Shown here: positions 1-7,565 of the stretch, piece after piece
How positions within the stretch are numbered: the first letter of the stretch is position 1
Layout: each line of letters opens with the position of its first letter
DNA from: an uncultured Gammaproteobacteria bacterium
Lineage (GTDB): Bacteria; Patescibacteriota; Patescibacteriia; SBBC01; CAIJZX01
Length of the DNA: 64,000 nt
Direction of reading: 5' to 3'
Assembly (NCBI GenBank): GCA_964397195.1
Contig: CAYNGY010000001.1
Coordinates: 134,586 to 198,585, forward strand
Notes under the pieces: model-generated
Told to the model about the DNA's origin: nothing
The model's database searches: none
What the model saw: only the letters and a program-made list of their open reading frames with translations
Made by a program: the position numbers and the translations under genes

Positions 1-425
1 AGCATCCCATAAATTTTCCATGGGCGGACGAGGCGCGATAATTGGTGGACAACGAACCAGCCAAGGAAACAGGCAATGAAAAGCGGAATCCATTCCTGGC
101 CTACCGAGTGCCACCAACGCACCAGTCCGATCGAACTATCTTCCTCTGGAAACCATCCGTTGTGCCATCGTCCCCATGATTGCAAAATCAGCCACCACGC
201 TACGAACGGCGTGATGAACATCCAGGTCACGCCACGCCAATACCCGAGATGCGTAATGGTGTAGGCGCGAGCGAGAACACGCGGATCGCCGAGTGTTCGC
301 TGGGGATCTGCGGTCGTATCGAGCTGATCGATGTGCGCCCGAAGTTCGGCGAGGATGCTGGCGCGGTTTTTCCCACCGACGCGCAGGTGCCGTTCGAAGC
401 GCTCAAGATATTCGACGTGGGTCAT
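1..425 (-). CDS. Partial CDS; the 3' end lies beyond the window. DUF1700/HAAS-like membrane protein of the kind usually co-transcribed with PadR regulators
   Basis: The reverse strand from the ATG at 425..423 (an ATGA overlap with the padR stop) translates as MTHVEYLERFERHLRVGGKNRASILAELRAHIDQLDTTADPQRTLGDPRVLARAY, followed by Trp-rich hydrophobic helices. The ORF stays open to position 1. It was not in the ORF track because it has no stop inside the window. Confidence 0.55.
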   Translation of the reverse strand, partial: MTHVEYLERFERHLRVGGKNRASILAELRAHIDQLDTTADPQRTLGDPRVLARAYTITHLGYWRGVTWMFITPFVAWWLILQSWGRWHNGWFPEEDSSIGLVRWWHSVGQEWIPLFIACFLGWFVVHQLSRLVRPWKIYGM

Positions 426-748
426 ACCGCCATCGAATGGACTAAGCGGCCGACGAGATTCGTCATCATCAACCACTCTTTTTTCTTGGCCGACAACTCT
501 TTACTGCCACGCTTCGTCAACGCGTAGACCCGACGATCGGCGCCGGCAAATGTCTCCCACCGGCCAACAATATACTTTTCTTTTTCCAGCTGGTGGAGGA
601 GCGGGTAAAGCATCCCGACCCCAAACTTAAAGGCCTCGGCCATTTCTTCTTTCAGGTACTCGGAGAGGGCGTAGCCATGCATTGGTCGCTTAGCCAGCGC
701 GGTCAGGATGAGGAGGCGAGAGGTGCCTTTGAGGAGTTGTTGGTTCAT
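422..748 (-). CDS. PadR-family transcriptional regulator
   Basis: 108 aa with a winged-HTH signature: LLKGTSRLLILTALAKRPMHGYALSEYLKE...GMLYPLLHQLEKEKYIVGRWE...RRVYALTKRG. Confidence 0.9.
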   Translation of the reverse strand: MNQQLLKGTSRLLILTALAKRPMHGYALSEYLKEEMAEAFKFGVGMLYPLLHQLEKEKYIVGRWETFAGADRRVYALTKRGSKELSAKKKEWLMMTNLVGRLVHSMAV

Positions 749-750
749 AT

Positions 751-792
751 ATATCGTGATGCGATATGGACACTCTATATCGCACTGCGATA
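751..792. promoter_or_regulatory. Two operator-like palindromes (ATATCG-N5-CGATAT type) immediately upstream of the padR start; candidate PadR autoregulatory sites
   Basis: 751-767 atatcgtgatgcgatat is a perfect 6-5-6 inverted repeat. 778-792 tatcgcactgcgata is a second, near-identical palindrome 10 nt away. Both sit within about 45 nt of the padR ATG at 748. Confidence 0.5.
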
Positions 793-805
793 CATGTCAA
801 GCAGT

Positions 806-831
806 CTAAAAAACCGGCCGTTCTGGCCGGT
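806..831 (-). terminator. Rho-independent terminator downstream of the 846..2402 minus-strand gene
   Basis: GC stem accggcc/ggccggt at 813-819/825-831 with a 5-nt loop. It is followed on the minus strand by a U-tract, the complement of the A6 run at 808-813. Confidence 0.6.
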
Positions 832-845
832 CATCCGGATGGCGA

Positions 846-2402
846 TTAGTACTTCACAACCACGGTCACGTAGCCCGGATCGCGGAAGAGCGCCGACAGC
901 TGGTAAGCGGTACTGGCCCGGCTGACGAGGGTCCAGCGTTTCGTGCGGAGCGAATAAAAGGCGATGCGTAACTGTGAGCGATCAGCGCCGAGATCATCAA
1001 TCGCCGATTTGTTGACGGTCATAATCACCTGATAGCGTGACGTCCAACGCGCAGCGTTCAGCTGATAGACGGCACTGACACGATCAACATCGCCGAGGTA
1101 ACTTGGGATACGAACGGCGCCTAATTTTTTCACCGTGAAATACGTATTATTGAGCGGCGAGGTGGCCGTCAATTCATTCGTCGGGCGGAAGGTGATCGAA
1201 CGCGGCCAATCAACAGTCGTAAACTGTCGGTCGAAGACGGTGATGTAGGCGACACGTTGGGTGCCAATGGTCAGGTAGTATGTTCCGGCGGGAACATAGA
1301 TGTCGGAATATCCGGCGTTGCCAGTGGTTTTTGATTTGACGATCGCGGTGCCAGGGATCGGCCGACCGAGGGCGTCCTTGAGTTGGGTCGCAAATGAGTA
1401 GCGCAGGGTTCGGGCCAAGTCGCCGTTCGCGCCGCGTAAAATAATGCGGGCGCCGCTCATGCGGAACGTTGCCACCTTGTATTCTTCGGTGTCGATGGAG
1501 TATCCGAAACTCTTATAGGCCGTGCCGCCCGTACCCATCACCCGAATCGCGTACGTGCCCGGCGGGAGGTAGGCGTCGTAGGATCCACCCTCCTTGGTCG
1601 AAAGTCCCGCGCCAACCAGATCGCCAAAGATGGCGGTCCCCCGAACGTCGGATGTTTGGCGGTAAATGTTAAAGGCCTGGTTTTTGACCACCTTCCCAAA
1701 TCCATTCTCAAAAACGAATCGCATCGTGGCGAGATGGTACTCAACCAAGCTCTCTTCTTCGGCGTTCACTTCCTGGTCCCAGAGGTAAAAATACGACGAC
1801 CCGGTGCCGTGGATGCGAATGACGTAGTGTCCGGGGTTCAAGAAGGCGCGGGTGGTGCCGAAGGCCTGGGTATTAAAGTCACTGGCGACGAGTTTGTCCG
1901 CGTTGAGCTTGGTGACGTCAATAATCGGCTCGCCATCGTAGTCGAATGATTGAATATAGACATCAAAGACGACGTTCTTCAGGAGTGTGCCCTGGGCATC
2001 GCGGAGGACGACCTGCAGTCCGCCGAGTTGGACGTCAACATTCGCTACGTCGAGCGGCCCGTTTTCAGAAATATCCCAATACGTAAAATACCCGAAGGTC
2101 GCGCTTTTTTGGTAGACCTTCACCGCATAGGGCGACTGTTTATTTGAAAGACAAAAAACGCCGGTTTGGCCACCAGCATCAGTGGTACCGGCGGTGATGG
2201 CGCTAGTTGCCAAGTACGGGTTGCCGTCCGGGTCAGTATTTTTGTGATAGACCGAAACATTCATCCCGGGCAACAACGTGCCCTCTGAATCGCGGGTGAT
2301 GACTCGCACGGCATTTGTATTACTGCCGCAGGCGGCGTCGGCATGAGGAATACGAAAAACCAGGCTGATGGTCAGCGCGGCAAGAAAAGTTCCGATGTAT
2401 TT
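846..2402 (-). CDS. Secreted protein with tandem prealbumin-like / carboxypeptidase-regulatory-like repeats (PGTYxI-type motifs)
   Basis: The ORF is 846..2450. The likely start is Met17 (MKYIGTFLAALTISLVFRIPHADAA), which gives a signal peptide. Repeated PGHYVIRIHG / PPGTYAIRVMG / PAGTYYLTIG / PGMNVSVY segments follow. A terminator lies downstream. Confidence 0.7.
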   Translation of the reverse strand, partial: KYIGTFLAALTISLVFRIPHADAACGSNTNAVRVITRDSEGTLLPGMNVSVYHKNTDPDGNPYLATSAITAGTTDAGGQTGVFCLSNKQSPYAVKVYQKSATFGYFTYWDISENGPLDVANVDVQLGGLQVVLRDAQGTLLKNVVFDVYIQSFDYDGEPIIDVTKLNADKLVASDFNTQAFGTTRAFLNPGHYVIRIHGTGSSYFYLWDQEVNAEEESLVEYHLATMRFVFENGFGKVVKNQAFNIYRQTSDVRGTAIFGDLVGAGLSTKEGGSYDAYLPPGTYAIRVMGTGGTAYKSFGYSIDTEEYKVATFRMSGARIILRGANGDLARTLRYSFATQLKDALGRPIPGTAIVKSKTTGNAGYSDIYVPAGTYYLTIGTQRVAYITVFDRQFTTVDWPRSITFRPTNELTATSPLNNTYFTVKKLGAVRIPSYLGDVDRVSAVYQLNAARWTSRYQVIMTVNKSAIDDLGADRSQLRIAFYSLRTKRWTLVSRASTAYQLSALFRDPGYVTVVVKY

Positions 2403-2471
2403 CATGTTCTGAAATATGTATTTGACTCCATGAGTGTACCACAAAATCACGCATTCGTCAATGTGTTGGAG

Positions 2472-3074
2472 TTATTGGAGAGCCAACTCGAGGTCGGTCA
2501 TGAATTGGTGGGGCGTGATCATTTGCAACACGCGCATCCCAAGTTCTCGCGCCGCCAACAGATTCTCCGGCTGGTCGTCGACGAAGAGGGTCTGTTCGGG
2601 GTTGGCGCTGAGCCGCTGCAACGCCGTGCTGAACATAATCCGTTCGGGTTTCAGGTGGCCGCGATGGAAGGAGTAGACTGCGTCATCAAAGAGCTGTTCA
2701 TAGTGAAACCGTTGTTCGCAATGCTCAATCCACTCGCGGGCGTGATTGGAGAGTAATCCGAGGCGGTACCCACGGCGGCGCAAATCAATGATTTGCGGTC
2801 GAACATGTTCAATTTCTTGAAAGTTTTGGCGGACGATGTCCATGGCGGTCGAGATCGGAATCCGCCAGCCGTGTTGTTGCTTCATTGCGTTCCAATACTC
2901 ACGTTCAAACAGTTGTCCGCGCATCAGACGATAAAAATCCGGTCCGGTCAGGTGACGATCAATCTCGGATGGTGAATATGGTAAAACACCAGCCAAACGG
3001 TCAGCGGTGCCGTGCAGTCCACGGAGGAGAACTTCCGACAGGTCGAAGATAATCGTCGTCACCTCGTTTCCCAT
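2472..3074 (-). CDS. HAD-superfamily hydrolase
   Basis: Motif I IIFDLSEVLL, motif II LGLLSN and motif IV LFVDDQPENL; 200 aa. Confidence 0.85.
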   Translation of the reverse strand: MGNEVTTIIFDLSEVLLRGLHGTADRLAGVLPYSPSEIDRHLTGPDFYRLMRGQLFEREYWNAMKQQHGWRIPISTAMDIVRQNFQEIEHVRPQIIDLRRRGYRLGLLSNHAREWIEHCEQRFHYEQLFDDAVYSFHRGHLKPERIMFSTALQRLSANPEQTLFVDDQPENLLAARELGMRVLQMITPHQFMTDLELALQ

Positions 3075-3137
3075 ATGCGTATTCTACGCGAAAAGAATGG
3101 AATTGTCAGATACGAGTCCGTTGTGGGCACCGATGAC

Positions 3138-3416
3138 CTAGATCGGTCGAAACCAAACCACCGACCACCACCCGGCGACGAGGATGGTGAGGATTGCTCC
3201 GAGGACGAGGAGGACGAGGTGATCATGATTATGTCGGCGATTGACGATCCCAGTGGTGATAATCGCGAGAATCCCGATAGCCACCGCTGCCGCGGAAAAG
3301 TTTTCACCGAGCGCAAAACCAAAGGCCACAGCCACGGTCCCGACGAAACCAATGACGGCCAGACAGAGCCAGGCCGCGAGGCGGTGTGGGCGAGGAAGAG
3401 CGATGGGTGTTTCCAT
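3138..3416 (-). CDS. Small hydrophobic membrane protein (hypothetical)
   Basis: 92 aa on the same strand as its flanking genes, with 2-3 predicted TM helices (LAAWLCLAVIGFVGTVAVAFGFAL ... LVLLVLGAILTILVAGWW). No homology recognised. Confidence 0.4.
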   Translation of the reverse strand: METPIALPRPHRLAAWLCLAVIGFVGTVAVAFGFALGENFSAAAVAIGILAIITTGIVNRRHNHDHLVLLVLGAILTILVAGWWSVVWFRPI

Positions 3417-3452
3417 ATACGTATCGTATACCTCTCACGCCCGTCGGGCAAT

Positions 3453-3848
3453 CTATGTCGTCGGGGCGGCGTCGAGGCTAAGCTTATGCCGAACTTGTTC
3501 CACAATTTCCGCTGGGGTGTAGTTCGCCTTCACAAGATAATCAAAAACCCCGTATTTCAAGCGGTCCGTTACCAACTGGACATCGCTCATATTGGTCAGG
3601 AGAATAACGAGGGCCTTGTCCCCCCAGCGATCCTTCCGAAGTTTTTTTAAAAATCCCCACCCATCAAGCACCGGCATATTCAGATCGAGGAGGATGCAGT
3701 CGGGATGTTCGCGGAGCGCTGTGTCATACCCTTCCTGACCGTTGGCCGCCGTTAGCGCCTGAAATCCGCTCATCGAAAACTTCGCCGCGTATGATCCGGC
3801 GATCAGTTTTTCATCTTCGATAATGAGAATTTTCTTTTGCTCAGACAT
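3453..3848 (-). CDS. CheY-like receiver-only response regulator
   Basis: KKILIIEDEKLI, phospho-acceptor Asp in ILLDLNMPVLDGWGFLKKLR, LVILLTNMSD and the conserved Lys. There is no output domain and no adjacent histidine kinase. Confidence 0.85.
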   Translation of the reverse strand: MSEQKKILIIEDEKLIAGSYAAKFSMSGFQALTAANGQEGYDTALREHPDCILLDLNMPVLDGWGFLKKLRKDRWGDKALVILLTNMSDVQLVTDRLKYGVFDYLVKANYTPAEIVEQVRHKLSLDAAPTT

Positions 3849-3903
3849 ACACCGTGCGTAACGTGTCTATCGTACCGCATTTTAAAAATCATGTCGACTC
3901 GCC

Positions 3904-5325
3904 TTACGAGAGAAGTCGCCAGGAAAAGTACCAGTAGAAGATCGTCGCCCCGGCTAAGGCGCATTGTGTGATGAGGCCTGGGCGGAGTTCGCGTGGGAGC
4001 CGGCGGGCATTGATGTACCACAGAAAGGGAACATAGAGTGCCATCGTCAGCCCGCCCAACACGCCGGACAGCACCAGTAATGCAAAAGGCTGTTTATATG
4101 GCAGGAGACTGGCCCCCAGCAACACGATAATAATAATGAGTCCGTAATACAAGACGTGGAGCGAGACAGTGCGGACGGGACGGAAGAGCGGGGCCAGCCG
4201 GCCGACTCGGGAATTCGTATAGATAATGTCACTAACAATGCGCGCAAAGGCATCAATGACCGTCCAAAGCACCGAGAACAACATCAGCGAGGCCATCGCC
4301 AGAAAGATTTTGGTCCCAATGATTCCAAGTTTGAGTCCGAAGATATCGGCTTGCGCGACAGCGATGTCGGCCCCGACCGGGTGCAGTCCGCGGGGAACAA
4401 GTACGGCGTGGGCGTTCAATGATAAGAGAAAGAGGGTGGTGAAGCCGAGGGCGAGAAAAATAAGGCCCTGGTCAATTCGAACGTAGCGCAGCCAGCCTCG
4501 CCAGCGGTGGTGCGTCTCTGGTCCCGGATGGAACGTGGCGCCGAGCGGAGAGATCGCAACAGGATGACCAGTGACCGGATTTTGGATCGACTCGACGTAG
4601 GCGCCCATGCCAAATCGTTTATCGCGGTACCATAACCCAATCACGAGGTTGAGCATGCCGCCGGCACCGGAAAAAACAATCGCACTGAGGAGTGTATCAG
4701 TGTCGATACCGCGAGGAATGTGCCCGAACGACATCAGGCCGCGAAGACCGTCACCGAAATCAGCCCAGGTCAGGTTGACGAAACTCATGACCACGAGCAG
4801 GACAAAAAAGGTCGGGACAATCACGCGCAGTCCGCGCTCTAACCCGGCGTAGGCCGCTCGGCCCGAGAACGTTAAGACAAGGACAAGACCGAGTCCAGCC
4901 CAGGCCCAGGCGAGATAGTTTCCAAATCCGAACAACGCAGTCAACATCGTGCCGAGTGCGCTGGCCCAGCCCGGCCAGATGTACAGCACCACGGCCGCAA
5001 ACATCCAGAGCAGTGGCGTCCAACTCAGGACGCGGGCAGATGACGTGAAAAAACTTTCGCCGGTCGCTAAGGCCAGGCGGGCGACCTCATGGTTGATGAC
5101 AAACTGAATCAGAATGCCGACGAGCGCCATCCAGAGTACCGACAATCCATGATTGACGACTAAACTTGGCCAAAGAATCAACTCGCCCGTGCCGATCGCT
5201 AGGCCCATGACGACGATGCCGACGCCGATCGCCTTCCGCCAGTGTGGTGGATCAGGCAGTTCGCGGAATTCGAGTGGCGGGAAACTCATAGCCATAGTGT
5301 ACCGCAAAACCGCGGTCAATGTCAT
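3904..5325 (-). CDS. Polytopic membrane transporter, Nramp-like fold (divalent metal transporter family; tentative)
   Basis: 473 aa with about 11 hydrophobic helices. The N-terminal block GVGIVVMGLAIGTGELILWPSLVVNHG resembles Nramp TM1, but the canonical DPGN motif is absent. Confidence 0.7.
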   Translation of the reverse strand: MTLTAVLRYTMAMSFPPLEFRELPDPPHWRKAIGVGIVVMGLAIGTGELILWPSLVVNHGLSVLWMALVGILIQFVINHEVARLALATGESFFTSSARVLSWTPLLWMFAAVVLYIWPGWASALGTMLTALFGFGNYLAWAWAGLGLVLVLTFSGRAAYAGLERGLRVIVPTFFVLLVVMSFVNLTWADFGDGLRGLMSFGHIPRGIDTDTLLSAIVFSGAGGMLNLVIGLWYRDKRFGMGAYVESIQNPVTGHPVAISPLGATFHPGPETHHRWRGWLRYVRIDQGLIFLALGFTTLFLLSLNAHAVLVPRGLHPVGADIAVAQADIFGLKLGIIGTKIFLAMASLMLFSVLWTVIDAFARIVSDIIYTNSRVGRLAPLFRPVRTVSLHVLYYGLIIIIVLLGASLLPYKQPFALLVLSGVLGGLTMALYVPFLWYINARRLPRELRPGLITQCALAGATIFYWYFSWRLLS

Positions 5326-5334
5326 TGTCTTCGG

Positions 5335-5709
5335 CTAGTCGTTCGATTCGTATAATTCGACCGGAAATCCGCTCGGATCAGCCACGAACGCATACCGTTT
5401 TACGGCCGTGCCAGTGGTAATTGGTTTGAGCATGCGCACCGGCAACGTGCCGAGTGCAGCGAGGGCATGGTCGAGATCATCGACCGCGATGCCGAGATGT
5501 TGGAGTTCCGGTACCGCAGTAAATGATATGCCCGCTGACTCTGGGTGTGACATGAGTTCCACAAAGAACGTGTCATCGCGTTTCATCCGGGTGATATGGA
5601 GATCACTGCCGGGCTTCGCGTAGTTCTGTTCAACCGAAAAACCGAGTCGCTCATAAAACGCGACTGATGATGCCACGTCAGTTGTGGGAATGGCGACGTG
5701 CGTGTTCAT
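5335..5709 (-). CDS. VOC/glyoxalase-family protein
   Basis: The start is taken at the internal Met (MNTHVAIPTTDVASSVAFYERLGFSV...). The glyoxalase/bleomycin-resistance fold signature is present. The longer ORF to 5811 would overlap the tRNA. Confidence 0.8.
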   Translation of the reverse strand: MNTHVAIPTTDVASSVAFYERLGFSVEQNYAKPGSDLHITRMKRDDTFFVELMSHPESAGISFTAVPELQHLGIAVDDLDHALAALGTLPVRMLKPITTGTAVKRYAFVADPSGFPVELYESND

Positions 5710-5767
5710 ACTTAAAGAGTATACCCGAAAAAAACCGAAGCCACACCTCGGGCAACCAAAATCTGGC

Positions 5768-5842
5768 TGGGGTGGCCAACGGGGATCGAACCCGTGATAA
5801 AGGCTCCACAAGCCTCTGTGTTACCACTACACCATGGCCACC
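5768..5842 (-). tRNA. tRNA-His (anticodon GTG), with encoded G-1 and CCA
   Basis: The reverse complement folds as G-1 + GTGGCCA/TGGCCAC acceptor, discriminator C73 pairing with G-1, D-stem GTGT/ACAC, anticodon loop TTGTGGA, T-arm ACGGG-TTCGATC-CCCGT and a 3' CCACCCCA end like E. coli tRNA-His. Confidence 0.9.
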
Positions 5843-5934
5843 ATGGTCGGAATGAAGTGTCTCAGCAGTGTTCCCGCGTTGTGAGGACGGAAAAACAGGC
5901 AACTTCAGCGAGAATATACGGGGAAATACTCACG

Positions 5935-5963
5935 TTGTCAATAGAATAGCAGCCTGTTAGGAT
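5935..5963 (+). promoter_or_regulatory. Candidate sigma70-type promoter for tRNA-Arg(TCT)
   Basis: ttgtca (5935-5940), 17-nt spacer, taggat (5958-5963); about 60 nt upstream of the tRNA. Confidence 0.3.
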
Positions 5964-6026
5964 GCAAAGGACGCCCGAAATGTCTGTGCGTCAGGCTCGA
6001 CGCATGTCCCGCCCGATTCGCCTCGT

Positions 6027-6101
6027 GGCCCCGTAGCACAACGGATAGTGCAGGGGACTTCTAAGCCCAAGATGTAGGTTCGACTCCTACCGGGGCCACC
6101 A
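6027..6101 (+). tRNA. tRNA-Arg (anticodon TCT), CCA encoded; atypical anticodon stem
   Basis: Acceptor GGCCCCG/CGGGGCC, D-arm GCAC-AACGGATA-GTGC, anticodon loop CTTCTAA (identical to the E. coli argU loop), T-arm GTAGG-TTCGACT-CCTAC, discriminator A. The anticodon stem GGGGA/GCCCA has only 3 central G-C pairs, with 27:43 G.A and 31:39 A.G mismatches. Confidence 0.75.
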
Positions 6102-6142
6102 GATGAATCAGGCGGGCGACCCAAGTCAAACAATATTCTACG

Positions 6143-6805
6143 ATGTCTTCTTTCCCCGACAAAAAACTATTACACGATATCGCTGATGCAGAATCCGCGA
6201 AAGTCGCGGCGTGGCAATCGGATACCGACCGGATTGTGACCGCCAGCGGCGCGCTTCTGAATTGGGTGGGCGATATCCTATCTGATGAAGGCTGGACGCG
6301 GGAAGAACAGGCGGTCGATGTCGACGCGTTGACGCTGACGGGCACTAACCCAGCGTGGAACGCCATTGTTATTGATCGTGCCGAACGTTCGCCCAAAAAA
6401 CTTCGTGAACTCTGGGCAACGGAGCGGGAGACGCGTCAACCATTTGAATCAATTGCGCACGACGCTCGTCCAATCCTTGTACGGCGGGAGGGGAACGAGT
6501 TAAAAGTATTTGACGGGATGCATCGGACACTCGCGGCCATCCGCGATGGCAAGCCAATCCTCGCCGCGCTGATTGGTACGCCGCCCAGCGTGCCCCGGCC
6601 TACGTGTGAAGCTCATGTGGTGTACGATCTCCTCCGGCCGTGGCAACAGCATCGTACGACCGACCGCGCCGGTCTACTGGCGGCGCTTCGATATTTACGT
6701 CGGACCTATGGAAATGTCGACTCCTTACTGGTCGAACGTTTTGGACCGGTTTGGATTCCAGACCAAGAACTACAGTCAATCATTCAAGAAGCATTACGGG
6801 ATTGA
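6143..6805 (+). CDS. Hypothetical protein (220 aa)
   Basis: Long ORF with a non-repetitive, protein-like composition. No recognisable motif. Overlapping minus-strand ORFs were judged spurious. Confidence 0.5.
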   Translation: MSSFPDKKLLHDIADAESAKVAAWQSDTDRIVTASGALLNWVGDILSDEGWTREEQAVDVDALTLTGTNPAWNAIVIDRAERSPKKLRELWATERETRQPFESIAHDARPILVRREGNELKVFDGMHRTLAAIRDGKPILAALIGTPPSVPRPTCEAHVVYDLLRPWQQHRTTDRAGLLAALRYLRRTYGNVDSLLVERFGPVWIPDQELQSIIQEALRD

Positions 6806-7024
6806 CACCACAAATGCCCGCCGCTATACTTCCGCCTACATGAAATCCTATTTCGTCCAACTCAGCTGGCTGATTACGACCTGTATGATGGGTCGCGAAC
6901 TGGGTATGGTCAGGTAGGCACGAATGCTTTCCCCGCTGACCGGCCCAGACGCCGGTCGTTTTGTTTCTTCCTCGTCACTGGTCGACCATCGTGGCCGATC
7001 AGTACCCGGGGAGGGACACCCACC

Positions 7025-7474
7025 ATGGCGGATCAGCGCACCTTCAACGATCGTTTGGCGAGCCTCATTTCCCAGCTCAGCTCGAAGCTCCAGCGGCCCG
7101 ATGCAGTGGTGCCGATGTGGGAGCGGCCGACTGCTCACCAGGTCACCCAGGCCAAGTGCTGGTTGCACGAGGAAGGGATCCTGACGTGGTCGATGCAGTC
7201 GGGGATCATTACTCCGGCGGAGCAGCTGACGCTATGCCGTGCCCTGACCAACTGGGAGCAGCTCGGACGCGATCCGCGGCATATCGGCTACAGCGTGATG
7301 AACGTCCTGTTCGTCATCAAGCGACGCTGTGCGAGCATGCCGTTCGATCGTTCCCGTTTCGCGGAGTACACGTTCTTGGAGAACTGTTTCCCGCGCGAGC
7401 GTCAGGTCCGTGAACGGCGGCGGCGCATGCAAGGGCGTCGCGAAGCCCATACCTTCGCCGAATACGCCGGCTGA
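7025..7474 (+). CDS. Hypothetical protein (149 aa)
   Basis: The ORF is followed directly by a hairpin plus T-tract terminator at 7492-7531. Competing overlapping frames (6924-7184, 6961-7413) lack such support. Confidence 0.5.
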   Translation: MADQRTFNDRLASLISQLSSKLQRPDAVVPMWERPTAHQVTQAKCWLHEEGILTWSMQSGIITPAEQLTLCRALTNWEQLGRDPRHIGYSVMNVLFVIKRRCASMPFDRSRFAEYTFLENCFPRERQVRERRRRMQGRREAHTFAEYAG

Positions 7475-7491
7475 AAGACGGCCCGAACGCA

Positions 7492-7531
7492 CCCGGGCGG
7501 CCCGCAACGCGGACCGCCCGAGTTTTCTTTG
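7492..7531 (+). terminator. Rho-independent terminator downstream of 7025..7474; possibly bidirectional with the 7566..9062 minus-strand gene
   Basis: GC-rich stem gggcggcccgc / gcggaccgccc with one mismatch and a 3-nt loop, followed by gagttttctttg. Confidence 0.5.
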
Positions 7532-7565
7532 TTACACCGAACGGACAGCCGTTCTGGTCGAGCGG

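Noticed and set aside
180-527. 115-aa plus-strand ORF at the window start
   Set aside because: It lies antisense to the well-supported DUF1700-like gene (1-425) and the padR stop. High-GC DNA produces long spurious antisense frames.
1469-2756. Several plus-strand ORFs (1469-1672, 1656-1949, 1950-2147, 2343-2756) inside the 846-2450 region
   Set aside because: All are antisense to or overlap the long secreted-repeat gene and the HAD gene. They have no motifs and Arg/Pro-rich composition typical of GC-rich noise.
3012-3650. 212-aa plus-strand ORF
   Set aside because: It overlaps three minus-strand genes (HAD, small membrane protein, response regulator) that have clear family motifs. It is acidic and Arg-rich low-complexity antisense noise.
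4156-5023. ORFs 4156-4422, 4226-4486, 4607-4852, 4760-5023 inside the transporter gene
   Set aside because: They are embedded in, or antisense to, the 473-aa polytopic membrane protein, which has a continuous and coherent hydrophobic periodicity.
5335-5811. Long form of the VOC/glyoxalase ORF (158 aa)
   Set aside because: The N-terminal 34 codons would overlap the tRNA-His gene. The internal Met (MNTHVAIP) gives the normal length for the fold.
6848-7413. Overlapping ORFs 6848-7168 (-), 6924-7184 (+), 6961-7413 (+)
   Set aside because: They are mutually exclusive with 7025-7474, which alone is followed by a terminator. These are Arg/Ser/Pro-rich alternative frames.
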